Part shown: in pieces, positions 24,549 to 38,376 of the stretch
Layout of the letters: every line of letters begins with the position of its first letter
Position numbering within the stretch: position 1 is the first letter of the stretch
Assembly (NCBI GenBank): GCA_977017575.1
Contig: CDRNVI010000190.1
Coordinates: forward strand, 119,440 to 183,439
DNA length: 64,000 bases
Origin: Paramoeba atlantica
Lineage: Eukaryota > Protista > Discosea
Direction: 5' to 3'
Translations under genes and position numbers: made by a program
Notes under the pieces: generated by a model
What the model was told of the DNA's origin: nothing
Seen by the model: the letters and a program-made list of their open reading frames with translations, nothing else
The model's database searches: none

Positions 24549-25814
24549 TTACTTTAGTTTTTGTGCCTTCGCATACAGACTATCAAGTACCTTCCCCATA
24601 TTTTGAACAGTTTCTAAAGCTGCAGGGTAAACTTCATCTACTTGTGGTTCTTCAAAAATCACCAACATATTTTGTTCTTGATCCAAAACACCATGAAGAG
24701 TCTTATCCAAAATCATTTGAGACAATTTCTTTTCGACCGCTTCAGTTTTGAGCTCAATAATCTTCGAAATATGATCCAACTGAACAACAGAGAAAGGTTC
24801 GATAATTCGAAGAAGATTTTGTTCCAAAAGCATATCATAGAGAGAGTGAATGTGCCTCTGGATGAGAGTATCCTCTTTCAACTCAGGAAATTCATCCAAC
24901 ACCTCATTAAATTTCTTCAACGATCGGTCAGAATAAGCATCAGCAATTGCAGCCATTGAAGCGATTTGACGACCCGCATATTTGAGAGAAAACTTGCCAG
25001 CGATGATACTATGAACATCTTTCGGAGAATTCAACATAATCTTACAGAGGAGCATATATTTGAGGCTCTTCGTCGCAAGTTCATTGTCTTCGAGATTATC
25101 AAACGTTTCAAACGATTCATAAAAGTAAGAGTAACTGGTCTTGTAGTCTTTTTCTTCTGCGTGGAGAATCCCAGATTGGGTATCAATCTGACCCTGCAAG
25201 ATTGGTGGACAATAAATAGAATTCGCTGTCGTTCGGGCAGCAGTCAAAGCAGCACGAGAACGTGAAAGATTCTTCAGGGCATGGTGAGCTTGACTTTCAA
25301 TAAGATGAATTTCGACCAACAGGTTTTTGTCATCCAATTTTTTGACTTCATGAAGCAACGTTGACAACAATCCAAGAGCTCCTTGATAATCTTTCACTCG
25401 GAGACTCAAATCAGCAAGTCGTGCTTCTAATCTTTGTCGAAGGAATGTTCTTTTTTGTTCTTTTGCCCAATCAATACTCTCTCGAACCAATTGTATCTGT
25501 AATTCAACGGAGGTCTGATACTTCCCAATCAAATCAATCAAAGAGCGAACAATTTTTGCGGTTTTCGCTTTTGGGATTTGTGTGAAGAAAGGACGGATAT
25601 CTTTCAAAAGAAGAGCGACATCATCAGGGCGTTTTAATTTCTCCAACAAAGCAGCAAGCGCAAAAATGGAAGCTTCACGGACCTTGATATCAGCATCACT
25701 GACACATTCACCGGCATCAATAATTTTTCTGTACAACGAAATCGCACCTTCAGAATCGCTATCGGCACGTTCTGAGGCTTCATCTAATAATTGTTGAAGA
25801 GAACTTGTAGTCAT
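24549..25814 (-). CDS. PSMD11: 26S proteasome lid subunit RPN6, intronless
   Basis: RPFFTQIPKAKTAKIVRSLID, KRTFLRQRLEARL, LKEVKKLDDK-like motif, SRAALTAARTTANSIYCPP, and a C-terminal PCI domain (LYDMLLEQNLLRIIEPFS). Confidence 0.97.
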   Translation of the reverse strand: MTTSSLQQLLDEASERADSDSEGAISLYRKIIDAGECVSDADIKVREASIFALAALLEKLKRPDDVALLLKDIRPFFTQIPKAKTAKIVRSLIDLIGKYQTSVELQIQLVRESIDWAKEQKRTFLRQRLEARLADLSLRVKDYQGALGLLSTLLHEVKKLDDKNLLVEIHLIESQAHHALKNLSRSRAALTAARTTANSIYCPPILQGQIDTQSGILHAEEKDYKTSYSYFYESFETFDNLEDNELATKSLKYMLLCKIMLNSPKDVHSIIAGKFSLKYAGRQIASMAAIADAYSDRSLKKFNEVLDEFPELKEDTLIQRHIHSLYDMLLEQNLLRIIEPFSVVQLDHISKIIELKTEAVEKKLSQMILDKTLHGVLDQEQNMLVIFEEPQVDEVYPAALETVQNMGKVLDSLYAKAQKLK

Positions 25815-26183
25815 CCTTTCAAAATGTTTTCGAAAACAACCCTCACACAAAAAAAAAAAAATCTGTTCTGAGAACAAAGAAACTCTCGAAAACCACACAA
25901 AAAGAAGAAAAAAAAAAACAAAAAAAAAGACAAGAAGCAAGAAAAGCGAAAAGTGGGGGTCCTTATTGGGGCCTATTTCCAAAAATTGGGTGTCTTTTTT
26001 TCACCAATTTTTTTTCAATTGGCTCTTGCGTTCTCTCTCTCTCTTCTTTCTTCCTTTCTTTTCTTTTCTCTTCCTCTCTTTTTTTTTTCTCTCCTTCCCC
26101 CCCTCCCTTTTATTCTCTGACGCCCTCTTTTTTCTTTGTCAACCTTTTTTTTTTCAAAACTTTCCGAAAAATTCCTTTTTCGA

Positions 26184-28746
<2,563 letters not shown>

Positions 28747-29030
28747 CTGTTCTTCATTGTGATAAGAACCCTTGTGTGATATATTTTCTTCTGCCTCATA
28801 CATAAATTATGATCCAGTTCCTTCCTGTTGTTTCTTTTTTTTTTTTCTATTTTCTTTTTGTGCTAAATTTGGTTCCCTTCTTCGTTTCTCTTTTTTTTTT
28901 TGAAAAACCTTTTCAGTTTCGCTCTCTCTCTCTCTTGTTCCTTTGAAATTCAACAAGAAGGGGGGTTTTCAAATAAGCTCAATTTTATTTCTGTACAATA
29001 TGATACAAAACACATGATCAACGAAAGTGT

Positions 29031-32000
29031 TTAAAGATCACCAGCAGCTTTTGTCTTTTTGATTGATTTAGTAGCTCTTTGTGTCTGGGCTGGGATGGAC
29101 ATTCGATGTGGTTTGTTCACTGACACACTCTTTCGTCGTTTGGCTTTCTCGATGGTCGCTGGATTGGAAGATGTTGAAGAAACTGAAGAAGGTGGCGTCT
29201 TCCGAATGATTTGGAGTTCCCCAGATTGTAACAAAGATGCCATCTGGATAAATGTATCTGTGTAGGACAAATCGGTTTGGGTTTCGTTGCTGTTGATGTT
29301 ACTTTCTGCGATTCTGCGAGTGTCATTTTGAAGATTTTCTTTCTCTCCCGCAGCTTTCTTTTCTCCGTCAGAGGACTTCTTTTCTTGTTTGGTCTCTTCT
29401 GCTGATGTTTTCGCCAGAGATGGCTCCCGAGAAGTAGAATCATCAATTGGACCCAAAGCCAAGTTTAACTGAATCTGCATACTCCGCAAGAGAGAAACAC
29501 ATTGTTCATAATCAGAGGTTTGTGGACTTAAAGTACGGAATGAACCCAAAGCCGTCGCAAGTGCTGTTTGAACTGTTTGGACTTCTGAGACTGGAGAGAT
29601 TGGTTGAGGATTTTTGTTGGGCAAAGAAGCAGGACTCTTCTCTTCATCGTGGTTACAAGAAGAACTGGGGAAGGAGTGGCGTGTTAATTTTTGGCCTTGC
29701 GCAATTGTTGGAGGAGAAGCTTGAGAGGTTTGGGTTTGTTCTTTCGGTTTTGAGGAACCAGAGAGGAGACCCAAGCGCCGAAGTCGTTCTCGTGTTTGTT
29801 GAACTTGGAGCTCGTATTGTGTTTTGGGATCATTTGGATCGGCCGTGAGATCAGTTTGGTTCTTCTCCACATCTTCATCTTGCTCAGATTGATTTGTGGT
29901 TTTGGTCTCAGCCTCATCATTCGTGTCAAGTTTTTGGGTTTCGGCCTCCTTGATTTCAGATTGAATTTGTTCGACGGTTTCTTTCCTGGAGATAATAATA
30001 GGGGAATCACTCTGGTTTTTCTCAGGAGACTCAATCTGTTCTGGTGAGTCGTCTTGGTGGTTCTTCTGCTCGGGAAGGCTCTGCTCAACCTTGATTTCCT
30101 CAGAGGGTGAAGGAGGAGGCACTTCCTCATCTTGTGGTAATTCAGCTTCTTCTTCAGCATCAACTTTCCAGGAATTCAACACTGCTGGTGGTTTCTCTAG
30201 TGGGGGTGTCTTTGCTTTGTTGTGAATCGAGGAGATGCTCATTCGACGGCTCTGAGAAGAAGAAGAATTCTCAAAAGAACCAAAAAAACCTCCAGCAGGA
30301 TCATCATGAGAATCATCACTCTCCCGATCTGACGCACTGCTCGCTCCCATTCCATCGTCAGAAGGCTCAATTGTGTAGCGGCGACCTTTGCTGGGCGCAA
30401 AGTCAAAGGCTGAGAACACATCACGATCTTCTTGGATCTTCTCGTTCCATTCATTCCCTTCATCCCCAATCGGTTGATCCCAAATGGAAGACTTTGAAGC
30501 CGGTTCACCCCCTAACCAAGAAGGAACCGTTCCCGCATTCCCTCCCAGAAACAAGTCATCAATAGAAACACCCGATGTCCTATCTGCGCTCCCTTCTTCT
30601 TCTTCATTTCTTGAAGAGAGTATCTGATCAATTGGTTCTCGGTTCTCTGGTTTCTCTTTAGTCGAGGAGGGAGATGGTAAGAGCTCAAGTTTCTTAGATG
30701 TGACTGTTGACTCGAGAGAAGATTCGATTGAGGATGTTATGGCGTCAGGTACTTCCCAAGAGAAGATACATCCATCCGCTGATGTTGTGAGTAGAAGTTG
30801 ATGGTCTGGAGAGTAAGTCATTCCTGTAACCAACTCAGAATGACCTCGGGCGACACCAACAACAGACTTGCTTGAGTCAGTATTAGTAAGCAAGATAGAA
30901 CGATCAGACATTGACATTACAGTTGTGATTCCAGCTTGATCTTGCATCACTTTCATGACTTGTGAGACAGAAGATGGTGCTTGCTTCACACGAAGATCTT
31001 TCCCAGATTGAAGGTCGTAGTAACGGATCGAAGCTTTCTTGTCTTTACAGACTGCCATTACCTCTGGCTTCTCATTGTCTCCCTTCAAATTTGGTTGTAA
31101 GAAGCTGATCGAAGAAGGGACTTGGAGATGTCGATATCGATTAAAAGAAAATTTCGAAGACTTGTCGATTGAAACTGTTCGGAAAAGCAAAGATTTATCC
31201 GCAGCAGCACTAATAATCTTTGCTTCGGTCTTCTTTTCTCCTGGGAGCATTTTCATACAGGTAACTGAAGCGCTGTGGTCATCCAAAGTCGCCAAGAGTT
31301 TGAATTTTTGAGCGTCCGAAGTGTCATAGACATGGACCAAACGATCTCGACTGGAAGAGGCAAGCAAGTTGAATTCCTTGTTGGGAGATTGGGAATTATC
31401 TTGTTGTTGAAGAGAGATGTAGTCCAATTGCAAAACCTCTCCATCGTGGGCGGGAATTGTGCACAAAGCATCACCTGAGGGAAGGGAGAGAAGATGGACG
31501 TTCCCACTTGTGTCTCCAATGGCGAGTTGAGAACCATCTTCATTTGCTGTGAGACATCTCAATCCTCTCCTTTCTTTCACAGTTGGAACCTCCAATCGAA
31601 CCAAGTGATCTGAAATAGATGGCTTGGAGAGCGAGCGGGCATCCTGAGGTGAGGGAGGGGGTGATTTAGATTGAGGAAAAAAAGAGGGAAGAATTCTTTT
31701 TTTTTATTAAAAAAAAAAAAGGAAGAAAGTGAACCTTTGTTAATGGCAAGACGCCAACACATTCAAAAGGACTGGGGTTTTGACGATTGTACTTCCAAAA
31801 TCGCAAAGTCCCATCTGAAGAGCATGTAACAAGGGATGCCCCTGCTGCGATCGCCTTTTTCTTTTCGTCTTGTGGGAGGGAAGATTCAGAAATATGGCAG
31901 GATTCAATCCCCCAAATACACCCACTGTGAGGGTACCAAAATTTTTTGTTGACAATACTCTTCGTTGACGAGATGTCCCAGACCATCATGCTTCTGTCAC

Positions 32001-33181
32001 TGTAGATACAACAGACATAGTTGCTGTTCGGAGACATTCGAACACACGCGACGTCTGGATAAACTTTTCCTTTTTGTCTTGCGCTTGTTGGTTTGTGAGA
32101 TTCAATGAACTTTGTTTCGGAACCAATGGCATGGGAACGAGGGATGGTTGCGACATATGTGAGAGAATCGATATCAAACAATCGAATTGTCGAATCAGAA
32201 CATCCACAACAAACATAATCTTTTGAGAGAGTGACACCATAAGCATGAGGAGTTTTGAGTTCGACACAGTTTCCAAGTTCAGTTCCGCCCCAAACAAGCG
32301 CTCCAGATGAAGTAACAGCATAAATACGATCATTTCCATATTCGAGGTCAATGAATGTGGCATCGCAGAAGACCCCCAAACCAATTGATTGTGCTTGAAG
32401 GGTACAAACAGATACTGTTTTTTTCTCAATGTCTTTCTTATCTTGTGCTCCCTTCTCAATTGACAAGGTTTCAAGAATAAGGGGAGGTTCTGAAGAAGAA
32501 GAGGAGGAAGGAAGAGAGAAAACAGTAATGTGTTTTTCGCCACACACTGCAAAAGAAAAGAGAGATTGTGAAGGCAAAACAGAGCAGAGAGAAAATGTGT
32601 TGGAAGTAAGTTGAACTCCACCAACTGGGAGAAAACACGAAGACCGATTGTCTGGCTGTTGTTGGATCTTGTTCCAATCCCAAACAAGGAGAAGTGAATC
32701 ATCTTTGAACCCAAGAGTGCAGAGAAATTGCTGATCTTCTCCCCCAAAGGAAAGACAAGCAATCCCAAAAGAGTGGTGTGTTTTGAAAGATGTGATCTTC
32801 AATCCTTTCAAAAAATATTAGTTAAAGGCAACTCTTCTTTTGATTTTGAAGGACAAAAAGAAAAAAACCTGTTTGGGATTCATAGATACTGACTGATGGT
32901 TGGTGTCCTGAAGTTCCTACTGCCAAATACTTCCCATCAGCCGAGAAATTTAAACAAGAAACAGGGTTACTGGTGTTACTATGACAATAGAGATACGCTT
33001 CTGTTTCATAATTGTAGAGGACAGCAATTGAAGAGGCCGCATAGGCCACAAGAGGAGATACGGGATTGTGAGTGAACTGTCTGTTGTGTGAACAGGTGTT
33101 TCCTTCGATGTGTCGAAGTTCTAGGTTTTTGGTTTTAGGAGTGTGTTTGCTTTTGCTTTTGCTTTTTTGAATAGTAGGCAT
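29031..33181 (-). CDS. WD40-repeat protein, WDR62/MAPKBP1-like, with long disordered C-terminus (3 exons)
   Basis: N-terminus HNPVSPLVAYAASSIAVLYN...CLNFSADGKYLAVGTSGHQPSV, HSFGIACLSF, YPDVAC, HSGCIWGI, PAHDGEVLQLDY, LASSSRDRLVHVY, LDDHSASVT and GHSELVTGM follow the WDR62/MAPKBP1 propeller pattern. Confidence 0.8.
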
Positions 33182-33381
33182 TTTTTTGAAAAGAAGGGAG
33201 AGAGGGAAGGTGGTGGAGAAGTCGAAAAGAAAGAAAAAAGAAAAACGTTGAAAAAGTAAAATAATTTTTCAAAAAAAAATAACGGTCGTTTTATTTGAAA
33301 AATTGCATCATCTCCCCAAACATAGAAAAAATTGGTTTTGTTTCCTTTTGGTTTGTGCGTCGACTTCTTTTGTTGAAACAG

Positions 33382-34231
33382 ATGGCGGATGATCGGTTGG
33401 GTGCTTTGAAAGATCCTCGTCTCTGTCTCACGTTACAATGCTCCTCAATCCATGGGATTGGTGTCTTTTCTCTTTTACCCCTCAAAGTGGGAAATGAACT
33501 TCCTTCGCTACCACATCGTGTTGTGCAAAACGAGCAGGTTGACTGGGGTTGAATTCTCTCATTCCAAATTATTCCTTTCATTAATTCTTTTCTGACAGAT
33601 TACCATGTGGATGAGCCAAGAGGAGTTTGAAACTCTTCCCCTTGCAGTCCAAGAAGCAATCCGAACTCGATTTTGGTTTGAGGAGGAAGGTTATCTTGCA
33701 CCAAGAGGAGGTTTTTCTTTTCGTTGAATGGCGTGGATTCCTCAATTCAATTTTCTTTTCATAAAAATAGGTCTTGTTGACTTTTCTTGGCCTCAATTTA
33801 TAAATCACAGCGGCAACCCAAATATTAAATTAAACGTTGAAGAGGTAAATGATTTCAATCCACATTTCTCTTCTTGGGATTAATCATCATCCCTCTTACC
33901 AATCGCTTGAAAAGTGCAGTTACTTTGCTCTCCGTGATATCTCATCTGGAGAAGAACTGACAATGGATTACCGAACTTTTTCGTCAACCTATTACTTTCT
34001 AAAGTCCATGTTCTTGATTTTCGCCCTCTTTTCTATTATTCTTTCCTTTTTTTTTATTCGAGAGATAACAGACCCCAAGAAAAACCCCTCGTCTGTGATG
34101 ATTGTGAAGAGAAATCCCCAACCCTCTCTTGTGGAATCTGTGGGAATTTATGCCAAATCTGTTCCGACACTCAACACAAAAAGAAGAGGTTCCGACACCA
34201 TTCAACGAACAAACTGAACAATCAAGATTAA
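33382..34231 (+). CDS. Minimal SET-domain methyltransferase fused to a C-terminal B-box zinc finger (5 exons)
   Basis: SSIHGIGVFS, FINHSGNPN and ALRDISSGEELTMDY are SET motifs. The spliced last exon reads VCDDCEEKSPTLSCGICGNLCQICSDTQHKKKRFRHH (B-box spacing). Confidence 0.8.
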
Positions 34232-34355
34232 CAGAGAGAGATGAAAACATGCACGAACCAAATCCAACACGCACGAACCAAATCCAATACGCACGGCTCT
34301 ATCCACAAAAGTTGTTTGCCTTTTCTCATTTTATTTTTCTTCTTCGAAACGAAAA

Positions 34356-34757
34356 ATGCGGTTTGCTTTGTTACTTCTTTTATGTCTTTATTCGTTTGGT
34401 GGGAGTGCAGTTTCGAAAATCCACACGAGTGTTATGGCAGGACAAATTTATGTGGGCGCAGTCGAAAGGGGGCACTGGAATTACTATTCTTTCCTGGTAA
34501 CTTGAGTCGATGACATTGATTGGATCCTCACGATGGGAAATCCGATGGATGAGGATTGTGATATGTACGTGAAACAAGATTCATCTCCATCCCTCTGGGA
34601 CTGGGATTATAAGAATGCTTCGTTGGCAGATGTTTTGGTAATTTATCAAACAGAAGTCATCAGTGGGGCAACGTATTATTTGGGGGTTTATGGATATTTT
34701 GGGTGTCAGTCCAATTGTACCCTCGTTCTGAATAAGGTTAATGAACACAAAAACTGA
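34356..34757 (+). pseudogene. Internally deleted, truncated copy of the downstream EGF/beta-sandwich gene, with in-frame TGA at 34503
   Basis: Signal peptide MRFALLLLLCLYSFG (parent MRLALLFFCLYSFG) is joined directly to a copy of the second beta-sandwich domain (WNYYSF...DCDMYVK..PSLWDWDY.NASLADVLVI.QTEV..G.TYYLGVYGY). TGA occurs where the parent has ATST. Confidence 0.8.
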
Positions 34758-35118
34758 AAAGAGACAAACCGCCAAGTTTTCCGCCTCTTCAGGTTTTTGT
34801 ATTTGAAAAAATTATTTTTCCAAATACAATTTGAGTCAAATTCTTCTTTTGTTTTTTTTTTCTTTTGGGTGTGGTGAATTGAAATAATAATCTTCCAAGA
34901 AAGACGTTCGAAGAAAGAAAAAAAAAGAAAATTCTTCTTTTGGTTTTTTTTCGGTTCGGGCGTTTCCACACCAAATTAAGACCAAAAAAAGGAAAAAAGA
35001 TTCCAAAAAAAGGAATACAAAGTTCCCCTCTTTTTCTTTTTCTTTTCTCTTTCTTTTTGTTTTTTGGTTTTTTTTCTTGTTCTCTTTCTCTTTGTCTCTT
35101 TGTTCTTTTTTTAAAAGA

Positions 35119-36876
35119 ATGCGGCTTGCTTTGTTGTTTTTCTGTCTTTATTCGTTTGGGAGGATTGTGGCTTCGTGTCCACTAAATTGCGAAAACCATG
35201 GGACATGCCAAGGTTCTGTATGCTATTGTCAGGCCAATTACGAAGGAGACGATTGCAGTATCTATGATGAAACTCTGAGCGAAGGTGTTTCTGCCTCCAA
35301 CTCAGTCGAAAAATCCGAATGGAAATATTATAATATCCAAGTACCACATTCTGGGGTGTCTATGAGTTGGTGGTTGAATCGAACAGCGGACACTCGGGGT
35401 GATTGCGATCTTTACATTGCACACGGAAACTTACCTGATCGAGCAAACTTTCTTGCTCGAAATATTTCAACTCTTCATAACCTTAATGTTGTAATTATGG
35501 ATGCAAAGGCTGGAACCTACTACGCTGGAGCTTATGGATATCGTGGTTGCTCTTATGATATTGCGGTTAATTTTATTGGTGCTTGCCCAGATGATTGTTC
35601 ACAACACGGACAATGCCTTCAAGGAGCCTGTCGTTGTTACTCTGGATACAGCGGGGATAATTGTGGTACCAGAGAAACGAGCGTTATTGCAGGAACCACT
35701 TATGACGGTTCGGTCGAATTTCGAGGTTGGAATTACTATTCTTTCATGGCAACTTCAACAGTTGACGCCGTTGATTGGATCCTCACGAAAGTGAATCCGA
35801 AACCTGCGGAGGATTGTGATATGTATGTGAAAAAAGATTCTTATCCATCCATGTGGGAGTGGGACTATGCGAATGTTTCGCTGGCTGATGTTTTGGTAAT
35901 TAATCAAACAGAAGTCACCACTGGTACAACGTATTATTTGGGGGTGTATGGATATTATGGATGTAATTACAATCTCCTTCTGACTGAGGTTTTCCCTTCC
36001 GATCCAGCTGATTGTCCAAACAATTGCAGCAATCATGGGCAAGGTTGTTCTCGGAACAGATGTACGTGTAACGATGCGTACGCTGGGGTTGAGTGTGAAG
36101 AATACATCTTATCTCTTCAGGAAGAGCAAGTTATGACTGGATACGTTGGCGATAATTCGTGGAATTACTACCATATCTATGGTGACACTGAAAACTCTTT
36201 TGTGGTTACGTTAAATCGAACATCAGAATCAGGTGATTGCGATTTGTATGTGCAATCTCAGAAGTTTCCAACACGACTCGATTATTCTTATATGAATATT
36301 TCAACAAAAGATTCAGTCAGTGTTGTCATCCCAGAACCCAATGGAGAGACATGGTACCTTGGAGTTTTTGGATGGTACCCATGTACATATGCGTTGACTG
36401 TTGAATCAACAACAAGGTGTGGTTGTTCTTCAAATGGTCATGGTGCCTGTCTACCAAACAGCCCAATTTGTGTTTGTGACCGTGGTTGGTCAGGTGATGA
36501 CTGTTCCATCGAAACCGCTGCTCTTGTTTCTGGTATTCCAGTCAAAGGTTCCACAGTCACGGAGAATCAATGGCGTTATTTTTCAATCCATGCTAAGGAT
36601 TCGACTGCTTTTTCACTGACCGTTAAAGAAACAAACTCGACGGGGGAAGTTTGGGTTTTTGTTCGTGCTGCAGAGTATCCAACGTTATCCGCTTATGATT
36701 ACTCCGACAAAGATACTCACAATGCAGTTCACCAGATCAGTTATTATACTCCACTCGAACATTCAGGGGACCTCTATATTGGAATTTATGGTTCTCCTTT
36801 CATTCCAGATGCCTCTCAACCAGGAAAACCAAATTTTGCCACTTTTGATTTAGTGGCTTGGGTCTCTGATTTCTAA
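35119..36876 (+). CDS. Secreted protein with four alternating EGF-like (tenascin-type) and PPC-like beta-sandwich domains, intronless
   Basis: Signal peptide; CPxxCxxHGxCxxxxCxCxxxYxGxDC x4 alternating with WxYY...DCDLY...P...YD...WYxGVYG domains x4; no transmembrane segment. Confidence 0.85.
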   Translation: MRLALLFFCLYSFGRIVASCPLNCENHGTCQGSVCYCQANYEGDDCSIYDETLSEGVSASNSVEKSEWKYYNIQVPHSGVSMSWWLNRTADTRGDCDLYIAHGNLPDRANFLARNISTLHNLNVVIMDAKAGTYYAGAYGYRGCSYDIAVNFIGACPDDCSQHGQCLQGACRCYSGYSGDNCGTRETSVIAGTTYDGSVEFRGWNYYSFMATSTVDAVDWILTKVNPKPAEDCDMYVKKDSYPSMWEWDYANVSLADVLVINQTEVTTGTTYYLGVYGYYGCNYNLLLTEVFPSDPADCPNNCSNHGQGCSRNRCTCNDAYAGVECEEYILSLQEEQVMTGYVGDNSWNYYHIYGDTENSFVVTLNRTSESGDCDLYVQSQKFPTRLDYSYMNISTKDSVSVVIPEPNGETWYLGVFGWYPCTYALTVESTTRCGCSSNGHGACLPNSPICVCDRGWSGDDCSIETAALVSGIPVKGSTVTENQWRYFSIHAKDSTAFSLTVKETNSTGEVWVFVRAAEYPTLSAYDYSDKDTHNAVHQISYYTPLEHSGDLYIGIYGSPFIPDASQPGKPNFATFDLVAWVSDF

Positions 36877-37149
36877 ATGTATAAAAAAAATAAACAAATA
36901 TTTGAGTGAAGGGGAAAATTTTCCGTTATTTCGAATGGGAACCAGGAACCAACACAACAGAGTCTCTCTGAAGAAATTTGAGAGCAATAATTGAATCTTC
37001 TTTTTGGAGAGCCAATTTTAGCCGTTTTATTTTGACTTTTTTCTCTCTGTTGTTGCTCTTCTTTTTTCTCTCTTTTCTTGTTGACTGCGTTTCTTAAATT
37101 CCCTTGTGTTTTCTTGGAAGAATCACGAATTTGAAAGAAAAAGGGGACA

Positions 37150-37593
37150 ATGTCAGAATTTGATGAAAGTGAATCAAAACCAAGAATTTTGGTGATTGGC
37201 GGTTCGCGGTTTGTCGTTGCAAGATTGAACAGCAGAGAGGGATTGAGTTTTGTCTTTTCTGATGAGAAATCGAATTTCAAAAATTGTGAAGGGATCCTCT
37301 TCTACCCGGTCAATACCCTTTCCCCAAAAGAAGAGCTCTTTGAACAAACAATTGTTTCTTTTGGAGAAGATGTTGAGAGTCTTGGAGGGATTGAAGGGGT
37401 GGTTATGTATGTTTGGGTTGAAGAATGCGATCGTCACTTGAAAGAGGAACTGGTGAAAATGTTGAGATTGGAAGAGAGAGGATGTGTTTGGGGGTTTGGG
37501 GCTGGGTCCGATTCTGAGGTTACTCGAAAGATGGATCACTTCTTTAAAGAGAATATACAAACTATTGTTCTCAAACCAGCAAAAAGAGACTAA
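37150..37593 (+). CDS. Small protein with degenerate Arf/Arl-like GTPase fold, lacking nucleotide-binding motifs
   Basis: RILVIGG, FKNCEGILF, an LV-type strand and LRLEERGCVWGFG resemble Arf secondary-structure landmarks, but there is no GKT, DxxGQ or NKxD. A paralog at 63627-64000 supports coding status. Confidence 0.55.
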   Translation: MSEFDESESKPRILVIGGSRFVVARLNSREGLSFVFSDEKSNFKNCEGILFYPVNTLSPKEELFEQTIVSFGEDVESLGGIEGVVMYVWVEECDRHLKEELVKMLRLEERGCVWGFGAGSDSEVTRKMDHFFKENIQTIVLKPAKRD

Positions 37594-37806
37594 TATTTAA
37601 ACTAATTCTTACATTCAATTGAAAGTTATTGTCTTGAGAGCGAAGGACTCCTCTGTTCTTCTGTTCACATCTCGTGTCTAATTGTGATAATTCAACACCA
37701 AAATCACACTTCAGAATGAAAGTTGTTCACACACATTAAGAAAAGGAGTCTTTTTTCTCGTGATTGGAAATAAGATCGACTATTCCAAACAAAATTCTCT
37801 TCTCTC

Positions 37807-38148
37807 TCAGAATATTTTGGTATTAGAGCGTTTGTTTCGGATAGTAACGTAAGCGAGGGGAAACACAATGCCACAAAACAAGATTGCTCCACCTGGTAAC
37901 AAGAGAGGGAAAGGTTTCATTATTTGTGGATTCTGTTTTTTTTTCCAAAAAGTCAATTGATTGAAGAGTGTTACCTGTGAGATAGGCAATTGGTGCAGGG
38001 TGTTTGACTTTCAATTCGGTCTGTTGTGTAATTTCTTCAGTCAAGGAAAAATGTCAGGAAAAGAGAAAAACAATCAAACCCCAGAAGATAGAAATCCATC
38101 AGCAAAACAAGAAGAAAGGAAGAGAAAGAAAAAAACAAGACGCAGCAT
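37807..38148 (-). CDS. 66-aa single-pass membrane microprotein (3 exons: 38148-38080, 38020-37975, 37892-37807)
   Basis: Spliced product is MLRLVFFFLFLSSCFADGFLSSG|TELKVKHPAPIAYLT|GGAILFCGIVFPLAYVTIRNKRSNTKIF*: signal peptide, short ectodomain, TM helix, basic stop-transfer tail. Both GT-AG introns are in phase. Confidence 0.65.
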
Positions 38149-38376
38149 GATCCCCAGCAGAATACTTGGCGAACAAGAAAACAACAGGAAGACACGAAAA
38201 GACACAAAAAATTCAATCAACTTTTTAGAGAGCCAATTTTAGCCAACCTCTTTTCCTCTTTTCTTCTCTTCTCTTTTCATTCTCTGAATTGGTCTTTCTT
38301 TCTCTCCCCAGTTGTTGGTCTCTTTCCTCTCCCCTTTTTTTTTCTCCCAATCAAAGGAGGGAGGAAAACAAGAGAA

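Noticed and set aside
29447-30565. Long antisense ORFs overlapping the WD40, ATR, RPN6 and A2M genes
   Set aside because: They are shadow ORFs of long sense exons with no motifs or independent splice structure.
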